Source: Candidatus Nomurabacteria bacterium
GTDB lineage: Bacteria > Patescibacteriota > Minisyncoccia > Phycocordibacterales > UBA918
DNA length: 64,000 nt
Direction: 5' to 3'
Assembly (NCBI GenBank): GCA_023898525.1
Contig: CP060227.1
Location: 85,079-149,078 of the forward strand
In this document: positions 7,530-17,794 of the stretch, piece by piece
Numbering within the stretch: position 1 is the first letter of the stretch
Layout: each line of letters opens with the position of its first letter
The notes under the pieces: generated by a model
The model's database searches: none
What the model saw: the letters and a program-made list of their open reading frames with translations, nothing else
Told to the model about the DNA's origin: nothing
Translations under genes and position numbers: made by a program

Positions 7530-9263
7530 ATGGTACTCTATGTCCACATGACTCAAGAGACTGCTTTATCGATTCTAAAAACCGGCGCCAATGTTTTCCT
7601 TACCGGTGAACCGGGAGCCGGAAAGACTTACGTAATCAACCAATACATAAACTGGCTTGAGGCAGCCGGCCTTAAGGTAGCAGTCACCGCCTCAACCGGT
7701 ATCGCGGCCACTCATATCGGAGGATTAACAATTCACTCATGGAGCGGTATCGGCACCCGTGACACGCTAACCCGAGGCGACTTAGACCAAATCAGTACCA
7801 ACGAAAGACTGGTCAAGCGCATCCAAAAAACTCAGGTGTTGGTGATAGATGAAATTTCTATGCTCGATGGCAAGCTACTCGATATGGTTGATGTTATTAC
7901 TCGTACAGTTAAGGGTTCTACCGACGCCTTTGGCGGTATACAAGTCGTATGTGTTGGAGATTTTTTTCAACTACCTCCTATTAGTCGCGCTGGCGACATG
8001 ATCAGATATGCGTTTGAATCAAGGGCTTGGGAAAATATGCGACCGCTGATTTGTTACCTGACAGAGCAATTCAGACAAGAAGATGAGCTTTTACTTGGCC
8101 TTCTGGGTTCTATCCGCAGTGGCAATATCGAAGAAGACCACTATTCACTCCTTCGCGAACAAACCGAGATTGCCTATGAAGACATTGAGCCCACTAGACT
8201 CTATACCCACAACGCCGACGTGGACTCAGTAAACAGCCAAGAGCTAAAAAAACTATCTGGAAGCGGCAGGACCTTTAAAATGAGCGGGAAGGGAAGTCGA
8301 GTGTTACAAGAATCATTAGCTCGTAACTGTCTATCACCACAGAATCTTGAGCTTAAGGTTGAAGCAATGGTGATGTGTACCAAAAACAACTTTGAGGCCG
8401 GTTATGTAAACGGCACCTTAGCTCGCGTTGTCGATTTTGACAGCTACGAAGGCTATCCGGTGATTGAAACCGCTGATAAGAGACGAATCACCATTGAACC
8501 AGTGTCTTGGGAAGTCGTTGAGGACGGTAAAGTTAAAGCTGCGATAGAGCAGGTACCACTTCGCCTGGCGTGGGCTATCACTGTACATAAAAGTCAGGGT
8601 ATGTCGCTAGACGCCGTCGAAATCGACCTATCAAAAGCCTTCGTCTATGGCCAAGGCTATGTGGCTTTGTCTCGTGTCCGTTCTCTGGCCGGTCTAAAAG
8701 TGTTGGGTATAAACGCCAACGCTCTACATGTGGACCCCAAAATCATCCGAGAAGACGGCAAATTCAGAGCAGAATCAGACGCGGCTGAAGAGACATTCCA
8801 CAATATGGAAAACGAAGAACTCACCATCATGCACGAGCGTTTTGTTAAGGCCAATAACGGTAAAATCCCTACCACCGAGGAGCTAAACAATCCAACCCCG
8901 GCCGTTGACCGCCTAAAAAAGGAGAGTACTTACGCCGAGACCAAAAGATTACTACTTGAAGGTGCCGAACCGGAAAGTATCGCTAAATCGCGAAATTTAA
9001 CCCTATCAACCATAATCAACCACATTGAAGTACTCGCCGAAAATAAAGAAATTGATCCTACAATCATCGAAAATATCCTAGAAAAGCAAGTGAAGCAGTG
9101 GCTCGAAACTAAGCAAGAGCTATTTAAAGTTATAACCTTTAATGGTACAGAAAAACTAAAGCCCATTTACGAAGCTACCAACGAGAAATATGACTACAAT
9201 GTGATTAGATTGGCCCGCGCCTTGTACTTAATTCAATATCATGCGAACGAACACTCATTTTGA
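7530..9263 (+). CDS. ATP-dependent DNA helicase, Pif1/RecD family, with a C-terminal HTH-like region.
   Basis: Walker A FLTGEPGAGKTY; helicase motifs VLVIDEISM and CVGDFFQLPP. The likely start is ATG at 7548 (MTQETAL). Confidence 0.7.
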   Translation: MVLYVHMTQETALSILKTGANVFLTGEPGAGKTYVINQYINWLEAAGLKVAVTASTGIAATHIGGLTIHSWSGIGTRDTLTRGDLDQISTNERLVKRIQKTQVLVIDEISMLDGKLLDMVDVITRTVKGSTDAFGGIQVVCVGDFFQLPPISRAGDMIRYAFESRAWENMRPLICYLTEQFRQEDELLLGLLGSIRSGNIEEDHYSLLREQTEIAYEDIEPTRLYTHNADVDSVNSQELKKLSGSGRTFKMSGKGSRVLQESLARNCLSPQNLELKVEAMVMCTKNNFEAGYVNGTLARVVDFDSYEGYPVIETADKRRITIEPVSWEVVEDGKVKAAIEQVPLRLAWAITVHKSQGMSLDAVEIDLSKAFVYGQGYVALSRVRSLAGLKVLGINANALHVDPKIIREDGKFRAESDAAEETFHNMENEELTIMHERFVKANNGKIPTTEELNNPTPAVDRLKKESTYAETKRLLLEGAEPESIAKSRNLTLSTIINHIEVLAENKEIDPTIIENILEKQVKQWLETKQELFKVITFNGTEKLKPIYEATNEKYDYNVIRLARALYLIQYHANEHSF

Positions 9264-9427
9264 CCAAAGTTAATCGTAGATAACAACAGATTTATATAGA
9301 AACTATCATTCTAAGTTATTCACAGGTATGCCTATGGATATAAAATTACTTCTAATAGGTGATATAATGCCGTAAGCGGCCTATTTTGGTCTATTATTTA
9401 GCAAATTTAAATTTTAACAACATAATT

Positions 9428-10600
9428 ATGACGATTACAGAGTCTAAGCAATACCTAGTTGGTATTTGTTTTGTGTTGTTGGCAGCTATCGCTTTTTTGC
9501 CAGCAGCAGCTAGTGCACAAACATCAACTACAACCGACACAACCACCACATCAAGCGACATTTCAGGATTGCTTGCAATATTACAAGACCTAATGAAGCA
9601 AGTTGAACAACTGCAACAACAACTAGCTCAAGTACGAGGTGAGATTCGCGAACAACTACGTGATGGCTTACGTGAAGGTATATCAGATGATGATGTAGCC
9701 AAAATACAAGAACTACTAGCCACCGACCCAACTATTTATCCACAAGGTCTTGTAACCGGTTATTTCGGCCCACTAACACGTGACGCCCTAACTCGCTTCC
9801 AAGCTCGACATGAACTTCGTCTAACCGGAGAAGTAGATGAAGAAACCAAAGAAATGATCCTTGAATACTTCAAAGAGAAGACCAATGGTCATATTCCTCC
9901 AGGTCTACTTCGAGCACCGGGAATTGATAAAAAGATCAAGCTTCGCTTACGTGAACACAGTGAGGATGGTAAATATGAACTAGATTGTGAAGACAAGAAA
10001 GGTTCTGGTTTCTTATGTAAGGAAAAAATCAAGTCAGATGACGATGAAGAAGATGATGAGGACGAGGAGGAAGATGACGATGACGACGACAATACAGATG
10101 TGACCGAGGAAGACGCTCAAGCCATGATTGATGACGCCGAAGAAGCTATCGCTGATCTACAAGCAGCGATTGATGACGCAACTGATGGTGACGCTAAGGA
10201 TCAGGCTCAGGATGATCTTGATGACGCACAAGAGAAACTGGACGAAGCTCAAGATAAGTTTGATGACGGCAAGTACAATGACGCTTACGAAAAGGCAGAA
10301 GATGCCAAGAACAAGGCAGAGGATGCTTTAGCAGACTTAGAAGGCGATACTGCAATGTCTGACGCACAAAACGCTATTGATGATGCGCAAGATGCCATTG
10401 ACGACTTACAAGCAGCGATTGATGACGCAACTGATGGTACAGCTAAAACTGACGCTGAAGCAGAGTTAGCTGACGCACAAGATCTTCTTGATGAGGCTCA
10501 AGCCGACTTTGATGACGAAGATTACGAATCTGCTCAAAATAAAGCAGAAGATGCAAAAGATATAGCTGATGATGCAAAAGATGTTCTAGAGAACGCTTAA
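9428..10600 (+). CDS. Secreted peptidoglycan-binding-domain protein with a long acidic (D/E/A/Q-rich) C-terminal repeat region.
   Basis: Signal peptide/TM ICFVLLAAIAFLPAAASA. PG_binding_1-like block GLVTGYFGPLTRDALTRFQARHELRLTGEVDEET. Two ~65-aa internal repeats (IADLQAAIDDATDG...), also visible as DNA repeats at ~10157 and ~10410. The ORF track starts at 9386 (TTG). Confidence 0.6.
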   Translation: MTITESKQYLVGICFVLLAAIAFLPAAASAQTSTTTDTTTTSSDISGLLAILQDLMKQVEQLQQQLAQVRGEIREQLRDGLREGISDDDVAKIQELLATDPTIYPQGLVTGYFGPLTRDALTRFQARHELRLTGEVDEETKEMILEYFKEKTNGHIPPGLLRAPGIDKKIKLRLREHSEDGKYELDCEDKKGSGFLCKEKIKSDDDEEDDEDEEEDDDDDDNTDVTEEDAQAMIDDAEEAIADLQAAIDDATDGDAKDQAQDDLDDAQEKLDEAQDKFDDGKYNDAYEKAEDAKNKAEDALADLEGDTAMSDAQNAIDDAQDAIDDLQAAIDDATDGTAKTDAEAELADAQDLLDEAQADFDDEDYESAQNKAEDAKDIADDAKDVLENA

Positions 10601-10624
10601 TCAGTTACTATCTAAAACACAAAT

Positions 10625-10656
10625 AATACCACCCTTATCAGGTGGTATTATTTTTG
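10625..10656 (+). terminator. Rho-independent terminator.
   Basis: AATACCACCCTTATCAGGTGGTATT hairpin followed by ATTTTTG. Confidence 0.65.
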
Positions 10657-10739
10657 TCCGCGTTCTGAGTAGCGGTTATGAATTTATGCGGTAGTTTAAT
10701 ATAGGTCGAGTTCTGGTATTATAATATCTACTTATTTTT

Positions 10740-11213
10740 ATGTGGTTTTTTAGAAAAAGGAAGCGAAAAGGAGATCTGAGTCACCAAAAATTCAAGCCTG
10801 AAGCTCGTGCCGTAATTCACTCAAGATTGAAATATTTTGCCCCCCGGTGTGAAGTTGTATACAAACGGGTCGCTATCCGCAACACCAAAAGGAGTTGGGG
10901 TAGCTGTTCGTCACTAGGTAACCTAAATTTTAACTACAAACTACTCTTTATGCCGCCTTGTCTACGTGACTACATTATCGTGCACGAGCTTTGTCATCTC
11001 AAAGAACTAAATCACAGTCCTCGCTTTTGGCTTGAAGTCGAACGTGTCTTACCAAACTACAGGGAACACGTTACTGCGCTAAGGCACATGGAAAAAACCC
11101 ACGGAACCAGCCTAAAAGCTATTACTGACTACACAAAAAATCACAACTGTCTGCATTGCAGCAACCTTTCATATACCCAAAATCAGCAAAATGGCTTTGA
11201 TACTAAAGGCTAG
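10740..11213 (+). CDS. YgjP/DUF45-like zinc metallohydrolase (M48-like, HExxH).
   Basis: WGSCSSLGNLNFNYKLLFMPP...YIIVHELCHLKELNHSPRFW matches the DUF45/YgjP signature. Confidence 0.6.
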   Translation: MWFFRKRKRKGDLSHQKFKPEARAVIHSRLKYFAPRCEVVYKRVAIRNTKRSWGSCSSLGNLNFNYKLLFMPPCLRDYIIVHELCHLKELNHSPRFWLEVERVLPNYREHVTALRHMEKTHGTSLKAITDYTKNHNCLHCSNLSYTQNQQNGFDTKG

Positions 11214-11265
11214 GACTATGCTATACTCAAGTTATTAGTTTTGTAATCTAACCTTTTATTTCAGT

Positions 11266-12216
11266 ATGGATATTGCACAAGTGTTCCAGTGGATAATTTT
11301 TCTCGTCATGTCTCTATTTGTATTAATACGGGGAGCTGACTACTTAATAGAAGGCGCTAAGCAAATTGGCTTTAACCTTGGCATTAAGCCTCTTATTATT
11401 GGTGTTTTCATCGTTGGTTTTGGTACCTCTCTGCCAGAACTAGCCTCATCCATCGCCGCCATCATGCAAGGTGCTTCAGAGATTGTGATTGCTAACGTTG
11501 TTGGTTCTAACATTACCAACATTTTATTGATTATTGGTCTAACCGCCTTTCTTAGTCGCGGCATTTTTATAAAGGAAAATCTACTTAAATCAGAATTACC
11601 AATATTTTTCATTGCCACCTTACACTTTGTCATGATTGTCCGAGACGGCTTAGTAGACCGTACCGAGGCTTGGCTACTACTTGGTACTTTTGCTGCTTAC
11701 ACTTGGTACATATTTAGTGATGGTAGGGCAGAGGTTGATAAAGAGAAGCTTAAGAAAGACAAGAGCAAATTTGCCTTCAAACCTGTACTACTATTTGTCG
11801 GAGGACTCTTAGCTGTACTAGCTGGTGCAAACTACACCGTCGAAATGACAATAAATCTTGCCACGGCCTTTGCTGTTCCACTAGGCTTAGTTTCGATTCT
11901 AGCCATTGCTCTCGGTACTTCGTTACCAGAACTCATGGTATCTCTGCGAGCTATCAAAACAGGAGACACTTCGCTGGCCATCGGTAATATCTTCGGCTCA
12001 AATGCTTTCAATATGCTTATGGTAGCCGGTATCCCGGCCGCTATTACACCACTCGTTGTCGATGATGTGGTAATGGATGTTGGTCTTATGATTCTGATTG
12101 GTGCTTCAGCCATCCTGTTTGTATCTGGTTTGGCACGCCAAATTCTCCGCTGGGAGGGACTGATGATGCTTATTTTCTTCGCCTTCTTCTTGGTGAAGTT
12201 GGTGGAGTATGTTTGA
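11266..12216 (+). CDS. Ca2+/Na+ antiporter, CaCA family (YrbG-like).
   Basis: Two alpha-repeat motifs GTSLPELASS and GTSLPELMVS, with ~10 TM helices. Confidence 0.75.
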   Translation: MDIAQVFQWIIFLVMSLFVLIRGADYLIEGAKQIGFNLGIKPLIIGVFIVGFGTSLPELASSIAAIMQGASEIVIANVVGSNITNILLIIGLTAFLSRGIFIKENLLKSELPIFFIATLHFVMIVRDGLVDRTEAWLLLGTFAAYTWYIFSDGRAEVDKEKLKKDKSKFAFKPVLLFVGGLLAVLAGANYTVEMTINLATAFAVPLGLVSILAIALGTSLPELMVSLRAIKTGDTSLAIGNIFGSNAFNMLMVAGIPAAITPLVVDDVVMDVGLMILIGASAILFVSGLARQILRWEGLMMLIFFAFFLVKLVEYV

Positions 12217-12233
12217 GAGGTTAGATAAAAGAT

Positions 12234-12269
12234 GTAAAGCACCGCGAGCTTTAGCTCGCGGTGCTTTAC
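12234..12269 (+). terminator. Stem-loop after the CaCA gene (possible terminator).
   Basis: GTAAAGCACCGCGAGC-TTTA-GCTCGCGGTGCTTTAC is a perfect 16-bp stem with a weak U-tract. Confidence 0.5.
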
Positions 12270-12342
12270 ATTTACATGTTTCTAATACATAATCCCAACA
12301 GAAGTAGTTTTCATAAATCTTTTATACAAAAAGGAAACACAG

Positions 12343-13059
12343 ATGTCAAAATCTAATTTTAAGGAAAAACTGTCAGAGCTACAAACGCTGATCTGGACAA
12401 GAAACAAAAGGTCGGCAATTGAGCTAACAAAACAAGTATTTAGTGATATATATGACAGAGATAGAATAGAAGCACATAGTTTGTTGTTGTATGTTTATGA
12501 TTGTTTCTATTACCAACAAACCCTTTGGGATAAAATACGTTTCGCCCTAGACATGCGAGATAGCGCAAAAATACTTACCTATAGTTACGATAGACTAAAC
12601 CTTCGCCAAACTAATACCTTGCTAAATCATTTAATTCGTCATAGCTGGTGGCCTTCTAGCGACCTAAAGAACGCATTGATTGACCAAGCTTTACAGTTAG
12701 CGGAAAATACAACAGTTAACCATAACACTGCTTTAGCACATATTTTAAAAGCAGAATCGTTAGTCAACAATGGTTCACTGTATGATGTCGGACGGAAGGA
12801 GGCTATTCTTGCAGAAATAAATACAGCAGAAAACCTTCTAGAGAACCATTTGATTAGATCTAGAGACCTAGAAACTCTACGCCAAATTGTTCTTATTTAT
12901 GAACGAATTAGTGATACTTACGGAAGCTTGGGGAATAAAGATAACCAACATTCTTTTATGCAAAAAGCTTACACCCTGGCTACTTGTGAAGCTTGTATTT
13001 ATACAAGTATTATTACAATAAGATTAGGTGAACGTTTAAATAAATTAAAAAAAGAATAG
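12343..13059 (+). CDS. Hypothetical alpha-helical protein.
   Basis: ORF with an RBS (AAAGGAAAC) upstream. I recognise no motif. Confidence 0.5.
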   Translation: MSKSNFKEKLSELQTLIWTRNKRSAIELTKQVFSDIYDRDRIEAHSLLLYVYDCFYYQQTLWDKIRFALDMRDSAKILTYSYDRLNLRQTNTLLNHLIRHSWWPSSDLKNALIDQALQLAENTTVNHNTALAHILKAESLVNNGSLYDVGRKEAILAEINTAENLLENHLIRSRDLETLRQIVLIYERISDTYGSLGNKDNQHSFMQKAYTLATCEACIYTSIITIRLGERLNKLKKE

Positions 13060-13133
13060 TTATATCACCACAAAACCAAAAACCGCCGACTTACATCGGC
13101 GGAATTTTTTATATAGAATTTAAAAGAAAAAGC

Positions 13134-13586
13134 CTAAAACAATCCCTCTACCACCATCTTCACATCAGCTCCATCGGCTTGGCCTTGGAGCTTTTTCATT
13201 ACCGCGCCGACCAACATACCCATTTTAGCCTTATCATCAATTCCAAGTTCTGTTTTCACGGCTTCCGCTATCGGTTTGATTTCTTCTTGACTCATTAAAG
13301 TAGGGAGGTAGGACTCTAAGACAGCTAATTCTTCCTTTTCTGGTTCAGCTAGCTCTGGTCGACCGGCTGCTTCATATTGAACGATAGATTCCTTGCGCTG
13401 TTTGGCCAAACGCTTAATAACAGCCAGAGTTTTATCATCTTCCAGCTCATCTTGCGGTGTTTTACCGGTTGCCACCAGCTCGTTAGTACAAGCAGTCATG
13501 ATGCTGCGCACAGTTCTAAGTCGCACCTCATCTTTAGCTTTCATGGCCTCTTTTAACGAATTCCTTAAATCACTATGAATAGACAT
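13134..13586 (-). CDS. GatB/YqeY domain protein.
   Basis: Full-length similarity to the YqeY family: LKEAMKAKD...RKESI..Y......ELA..E..E...L..YLP.. Confidence 0.8.
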   Translation of the reverse strand: MSIHSDLRNSLKEAMKAKDEVRLRTVRSIMTACTNELVATGKTPQDELEDDKTLAVIKRLAKQRKESIVQYEAAGRPELAEPEKEELAVLESYLPTLMSQEEIKPIAEAVKTELGIDDKAKMGMLVGAVMKKLQGQADGADVKMVVEGLF

Positions 13587-13675
13587 ACTTTAATATATTA
13601 AAACGGTTATTTTGATTGACTCATAGTAGCATATCTTTAGCCATTTTCTAGCTAAGATGATAAACTTGTCTTTGC

Positions 13676-14794
13676 ATGGAAAAAATACAAATCTTACTCT
13701 TAACCCTACTCCTAGCCATTATCGGTATATTGGTGTATGTCTTTTTCATTAGAAAAGATAAGAAACCAGAAGACAGCGAAAGCCTACTTCTCATGCAGCA
13801 ACAGATCCAAGAACTATCTCGCACTGTCCGTGAACAAATGAGCGAAAGCTCTAAGTTAGCACAAGAAGGAAGCCGGATGCAGTTTCGTGAGAGTAAAGAG
13901 TTGATGCAAGAAATCAACAAAGAAGTCAACGAACAAATCCGTTCGATCCAAGAAAGCATCAGTGAGAAGCTCCTAGGCGTACAAAAACACGTCTCAGAGG
14001 TGAGTGAGAGCTCCAAGCAAGTCTTCACCATAGCCGAACAGCTCCAAAACCTGGAAAAGGTCCTGAAACACCAAAAACAACGAGGAAATCTAGGCGAGGC
14101 CAGCCTCCAGCTCGCTCTTGAAAACATCCTACCGGTCGGTGCCTACAAACTACAATACCAGTTTGATGGCGGCGAGACAGTCGATGCTGTCATACTGACC
14201 AAAGACGGCATGATACCGGTTGACGCTAAATTTTCGCTTGATAACTACCGCCGGCTAGTCGATGAGACGGATCAAAACCGTCGTGAAGATCTGGAAAAAG
14301 AATTTAAAAACGATCTCAAAAAACGTATTGACGAAACCGCCAAATACATCAGACCAAAAGACGGCACCTTGCCATTTGCGTTTATGTTTATTCCAGCCGA
14401 AGCGATTTATTACGACCTCTTGGTAAATGAAGTTGGCTCGGTCAAGGTAAATACTCGCTCATTACTCGATTACGCCTACCGCGACAAGAATGTAATTATA
14501 GTTTCACCAACCACCTTTGCTGCGTATTTGCAGTCAGTACTCTATGGTTTTCGCGCCTTTAAAGTGGAAGAAAGTGCCAAAGAAATCCAAAAAAATGTAG
14601 AAAAACTAACCCGCCACTTAAGCGCCTACACTCAATACTTCGATAAAGTAGGGAACAGTCTAGGTACTACCGTAAACCATTACAACCAAGCCAGTAAGGA
14701 GCTAGGGAAGGTCGATAAAGATCTTATGAAAATCACCAGCGAAAGCATCGAACACGAAAACCTAACTCTGGATAAACCGATTAAAGCTGAGTAG
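13676..14794 (+). CDS. rmuC: DNA recombination protein RmuC.
   Basis: N-terminal TM, coiled coil, then the RmuC nuclease-like domain (DAVILTKDGMIPVDAKFSLDNY...). Confidence 0.8.
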   Translation: MEKIQILLLTLLLAIIGILVYVFFIRKDKKPEDSESLLLMQQQIQELSRTVREQMSESSKLAQEGSRMQFRESKELMQEINKEVNEQIRSIQESISEKLLGVQKHVSEVSESSKQVFTIAEQLQNLEKVLKHQKQRGNLGEASLQLALENILPVGAYKLQYQFDGGETVDAVILTKDGMIPVDAKFSLDNYRRLVDETDQNRREDLEKEFKNDLKKRIDETAKYIRPKDGTLPFAFMFIPAEAIYYDLLVNEVGSVKVNTRSLLDYAYRDKNVIIVSPTTFAAYLQSVLYGFRAFKVEESAKEIQKNVEKLTRHLSAYTQYFDKVGNSLGTTVNHYNQASKELGKVDKDLMKITSESIEHENLTLDKPIKAE

Positions 14795-14873
14795 ATTTTA
14801 CATAAAGTAAGATCTGATATATAAAGTTGATAGTTGGACAAGAATTTATAACTTATATCCTAAGGAGGGATAA

Positions 14874-15329
14874 ATGAAAACGTTATCAAAACTGATCTTT
14901 TGTATTGCACTACTGTCGCCCACAATAGCTTTCGCAGGTCAAACAAATCCTTTTGTTAAATTGTTTGAACCAATTTCAATAGTTATGCTGTTTTTCTTCT
15001 TTACTGCCGCCTTTTTCATAGAACTGATGTTTTTAAGAGATAGGCTAGATGGGGTAAACAGCATATGGCTCAAGAATAAAAGTCTCAACACCTACTTGTA
15101 CGTTACAAGTTTAGGAATATTGATTATCTATTTTATTGGATCTATGTTCATAGAGCAAAAAATAACACCAGCCACTAGCGAAACGGTAATTATGTTTATT
15201 GTAATAATCACCAATATAATAATCAATAAATCCGACAATAGGATAGATAATGGTATAGTAGCCTCATTAGTTCTGGCTACAATGTTCTACACCAGTCTTG
15301 TCATCTATACCATTAACAACTACGCTTAA
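14874..15329 (+). CDS. Hypothetical membrane protein with a signal peptide.
   Basis: SD AAGGAGGG upstream; four predicted TM helices. Confidence 0.5.
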   Translation: MKTLSKLIFCIALLSPTIAFAGQTNPFVKLFEPISIVMLFFFFTAAFFIELMFLRDRLDGVNSIWLKNKSLNTYLYVTSLGILIIYFIGSMFIEQKITPATSETVIMFIVIITNIIINKSDNRIDNGIVASLVLATMFYTSLVIYTINNYA

Positions 15330-15340
15330 GAAATAAAGCT

Positions 15341-15380
15341 AAACCCCGTTCTAAACAGAACGGGGTTTATTGTTTTTTTT
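15341..15380 (+). terminator. Rho-independent terminator.
   Basis: AAACCCCGTTCTAAACAGAACGGGGTTT followed by a T-run. Confidence 0.75.
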
Positions 15381-15570
15381 GATAAACTTAAGACCTTCTT
15401 AGATAGACCGCAAAGATTATTATGAACACATGAAGTCCATTCATGGACCACAAGAAGACATAATGGAATCCTTACGTAAAGCTACAAAAGTTTCGTTATC
15501 ATACGAGAGACGAACCGGTTTCATGTCTTGAGATTTGAGGCGCGAATTGAAGACTTTTGCCTATATGAAG

Positions 15571-15611
15571 TTATAAAAAAGTGCGCCAGACAATTACGTT
15601 AGTCTGGCGCA
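15571..15611 (-). terminator. Rho-independent terminator for the minus-strand membrane protein gene.
   Basis: TGCGCCAGAC-TAACGTAATT-GTCTGGCGCA hairpin followed by CTTTTTTAT on the minus strand. Confidence 0.7.
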
Positions 15612-15630
15612 TAGAAAATCGCGGAAGCTC

Positions 15631-16146
15631 TCAATCAAACATTTCACTCTTTTTTATCAATCGACAAACTATATATAGGTTTGTAATCAATAAGTATGCG
15701 GCTGCACAAAATAAAACTATCCCAAATATTGCAATAATGGCAGAAGGTGCTAATAGAAACGGTGCGTTCACTGCATAAGCTAAGAAGAAAGCGTACACAG
15801 CCATTACAGTGGCAAGCAGATAGATTGGTATCATATATTTACCGTAGAACGCCAATACTTGTCCTGTGAACGCAATATGTTTCCTGACCTGAACCAGTCT
15901 CTCTTTAAACATCAAATTGATTAAAATGAGAAAAGAGGAGGCAGATATTGATTTAATCCACGAACTCAGAAACAAAGACATGTCTTCAACTCGAATTAAA
16001 ATTAACAAGAACACAAGCGACAATAGAAAAATAACCTTGCTAATATCAGTTATTTCACATTGATATCTATAAATATACCCATTAGTGAATTGCTTTATTA
16101 CCATTTTGGAGTCCTCGTAACAAAATTTATCAAAACAACTAACCAA
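15631..16146 (-). CDS. Hypothetical multi-TM membrane protein.
   Basis: Hydrophobic ORF; the start is probably internal (MVIKQF...). Confidence 0.45.
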   Translation of the reverse strand: MVSCFDKFCYEDSKMVIKQFTNGYIYRYQCEITDISKVIFLLSLVFLLILIRVEDMSLFLSSWIKSISASSFLILINLMFKERLVQVRKHIAFTGQVLAFYGKYMIPIYLLATVMAVYAFFLAYAVNAPFLLAPSAIIAIFGIVLFCAAAYLLITNLYIVCRLIKKSEMFD

Positions 16147-16329
16147 CCCATAATATGCATATTTTTAGGGCTTTAGTCAAGTTTTGAACCTATAATTTTA
16201 TCCCCAAATGCACACTTTTGTTTGCATTATTAACCCAAATGTGGTATATTTAACGAGTTGTGAACGTTACTGTAGATAATTTAACTTCAGTAATATAACA
16301 GTAGAGTTTTTTGAATTTGGAGGTGTATC

Positions 16330-16629
16330 ATGATTGCGGCAGAGTATTATGATCTAAGACCACGACCAGCCAATCCGTTTGTTATTAAGTTAAGTAGAAA
16401 ACTTAATAAATGGATCAACGGTAGAGATTACATGCTTTGCTCCTACATTTACCTAATGATAAAAAGGGGAGAAAAGCATGGGTTTGAACAATTAATTTAT
16501 ACGGTATCTTGGCATACTCTTGATGGTATATTCATGTTATGGAGTAACCAGGAGCATCACTGTCAAGACTGCCTTGATTACGAATTAATTTGTTTCCCAC
16601 ACCTTATACCCAAGGAGGATCTTGGATGA
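16330..16629 (+). CDS. Hypothetical protein.
   Basis: GGAGG lies 6 nt upstream of the ATG; a terminator hairpin lies at 16645..16690. Confidence 0.45.
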   Translation: MIAAEYYDLRPRPANPFVIKLSRKLNKWINGRDYMLCSYIYLMIKRGEKHGFEQLIYTVSWHTLDGIFMLWSNQEHHCQDCLDYELICFPHLIPKEDLG

Positions 16630-16755
16630 AATGTTTTCTGATATAGCACCCATACCAAACTTAACTAATATGTTAAAGATTGGTATGGGTGTTTTTTAAT
16701 TGAAAAATGTAGCCCATTGCATTTTTATGAGTTTTCTTGTACTATAGCCGGCATT

Positions 16756-17088
16756 ATGGCAACAGAAACAGCTAAAAAAGACGCTTTCGCAGTAATTGCA
16801 ACCGGCGGCAAACAATACATAGTCTCAGTTGGAGACACTATCTTGGTGGAACTTTTGGGCAACCACAAAGAAGGTGACTCTATCGAGTTTGATAAGGTTT
16901 TATTAACTGATAATGGTTCTGAAACCAAGGTGGGTACACCAACTACCGGTACTAAAGTAAAGGCTACTTATTTGGGTGAGAAAAAAGGTCCTAAGTTGAC
17001 TATTATTCGCTACCAAGCTAAGAGTAACCGCGACCGCCGTCTCGGACACCGCCAGCATTACGCTGAAGTGAAAATTGAGTCTATATAG
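16756..17088 (+). CDS. rplU: 50S ribosomal protein L21.
   Basis: FAVIATGGKQYIVSVGDTILVE...IIRYQAKSNRDRRLGHRQHYAEVKI. The ORF track starts at an upstream TTG (16717). Confidence 0.85.
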   Translation: MATETAKKDAFAVIATGGKQYIVSVGDTILVELLGNHKEGDSIEFDKVLLTDNGSETKVGTPTTGTKVKATYLGEKKGPKLTIIRYQAKSNRDRRLGHRQHYAEVKIESI

Positions 17089-17097
17089 ATATTTATT

Positions 17098-17130
17098 AAG
17101 AAATGCGCCCACGAAGTGGGCGCATTTCTT
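17098..17130. terminator. Bidirectional rho-independent terminator between rplU and recR.
   Basis: AAGAAATGCGCCCAC-GAA-GTGGGCGCATTTCTT is a perfect 15-bp stem. Confidence 0.75.
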
Positions 17131-17164
17131 TATTTCTTTCTTTATGTACAAGCCAAAGAACCTC

Positions 17165-17785
17165 CTACACTCTATTACGTAGCGCACTCTTAATTGTTTC
17201 AGCGTCAGCGTATTCAAGCTCGCTACCAGTCGATAAGCCACGTCCCAAATGTGAAATATTCACTCGCTTAGCTTCCACCAACTCACGCAACAGAGACTCT
17301 ACGTACCGACTGGTATTTTCACCATCGGGATTTACCGCAAAACCCAAAATAACTTCTAATTTGGTTTGCTCGCTACGTTTGTTTGCCAAGGCTTTCAAAG
17401 AAGTATTACGGATTCTTAAATCCTCCTCTTTAGCATTAAGAAGGGGAATGGTGCCACCAAGTACAAAATACACCCCATCATAAACACCACTACGTTCAAT
17501 CGCCTGAATATCACCATCATTAGTCACAACCAAGAGCTTATGATTATCACGGTTAGGATCAGCACAAATAGAGCAGGTAGAACCTTGATTAGACCGCGTA
17601 GAAAAAAAGCGATGACAGTCAGCGCATTCGGTGGTATCTGAAGCTACCGAGCCAATTAGGTCAGCCAGCTCACTAACTTGTTCACGTTTTAAAGTCAACA
17701 CATGAAAAGCAAATCGCTTAGCCTGCCTTACTCCGACCCCTGGGAATTTTTCAAAATACGCCACCAATTTATCAAAAGTACTCAT
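17165..17785 (-). CDS. recR: Recombination protein RecR.
   Basis: HhH motif PGVGVRQAKR, C4 zinc finger, Toprim domain. Confidence 0.9.
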   Translation of the reverse strand: MSTFDKLVAYFEKFPGVGVRQAKRFAFHVLTLKREQVSELADLIGSVASDTTECADCHRFFSTRSNQGSTCSICADPNRDNHKLLVVTNDGDIQAIERSGVYDGVYFVLGGTIPLLNAKEEDLRIRNTSLKALANKRSEQTKLEVILGFAVNPDGENTSRYVESLLRELVEAKRVNISHLGRGLSTGSELEYADAETIKSALRNRV

Positions 17786-17794
17786 GAGTGCATA

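Noticed and set aside
9889-10092. Poly-serine ORF (MSSSSSSSSS...).
   Set aside because: Antisense reading of the GAT/GAA-rich acidic repeat region of the PG-binding protein.
13648-14127. 159-aa Cys/Ser-rich ORF antisense to rmuC.
   Set aside because: Embedded in the well-supported rmuC coding region on the opposite strand.
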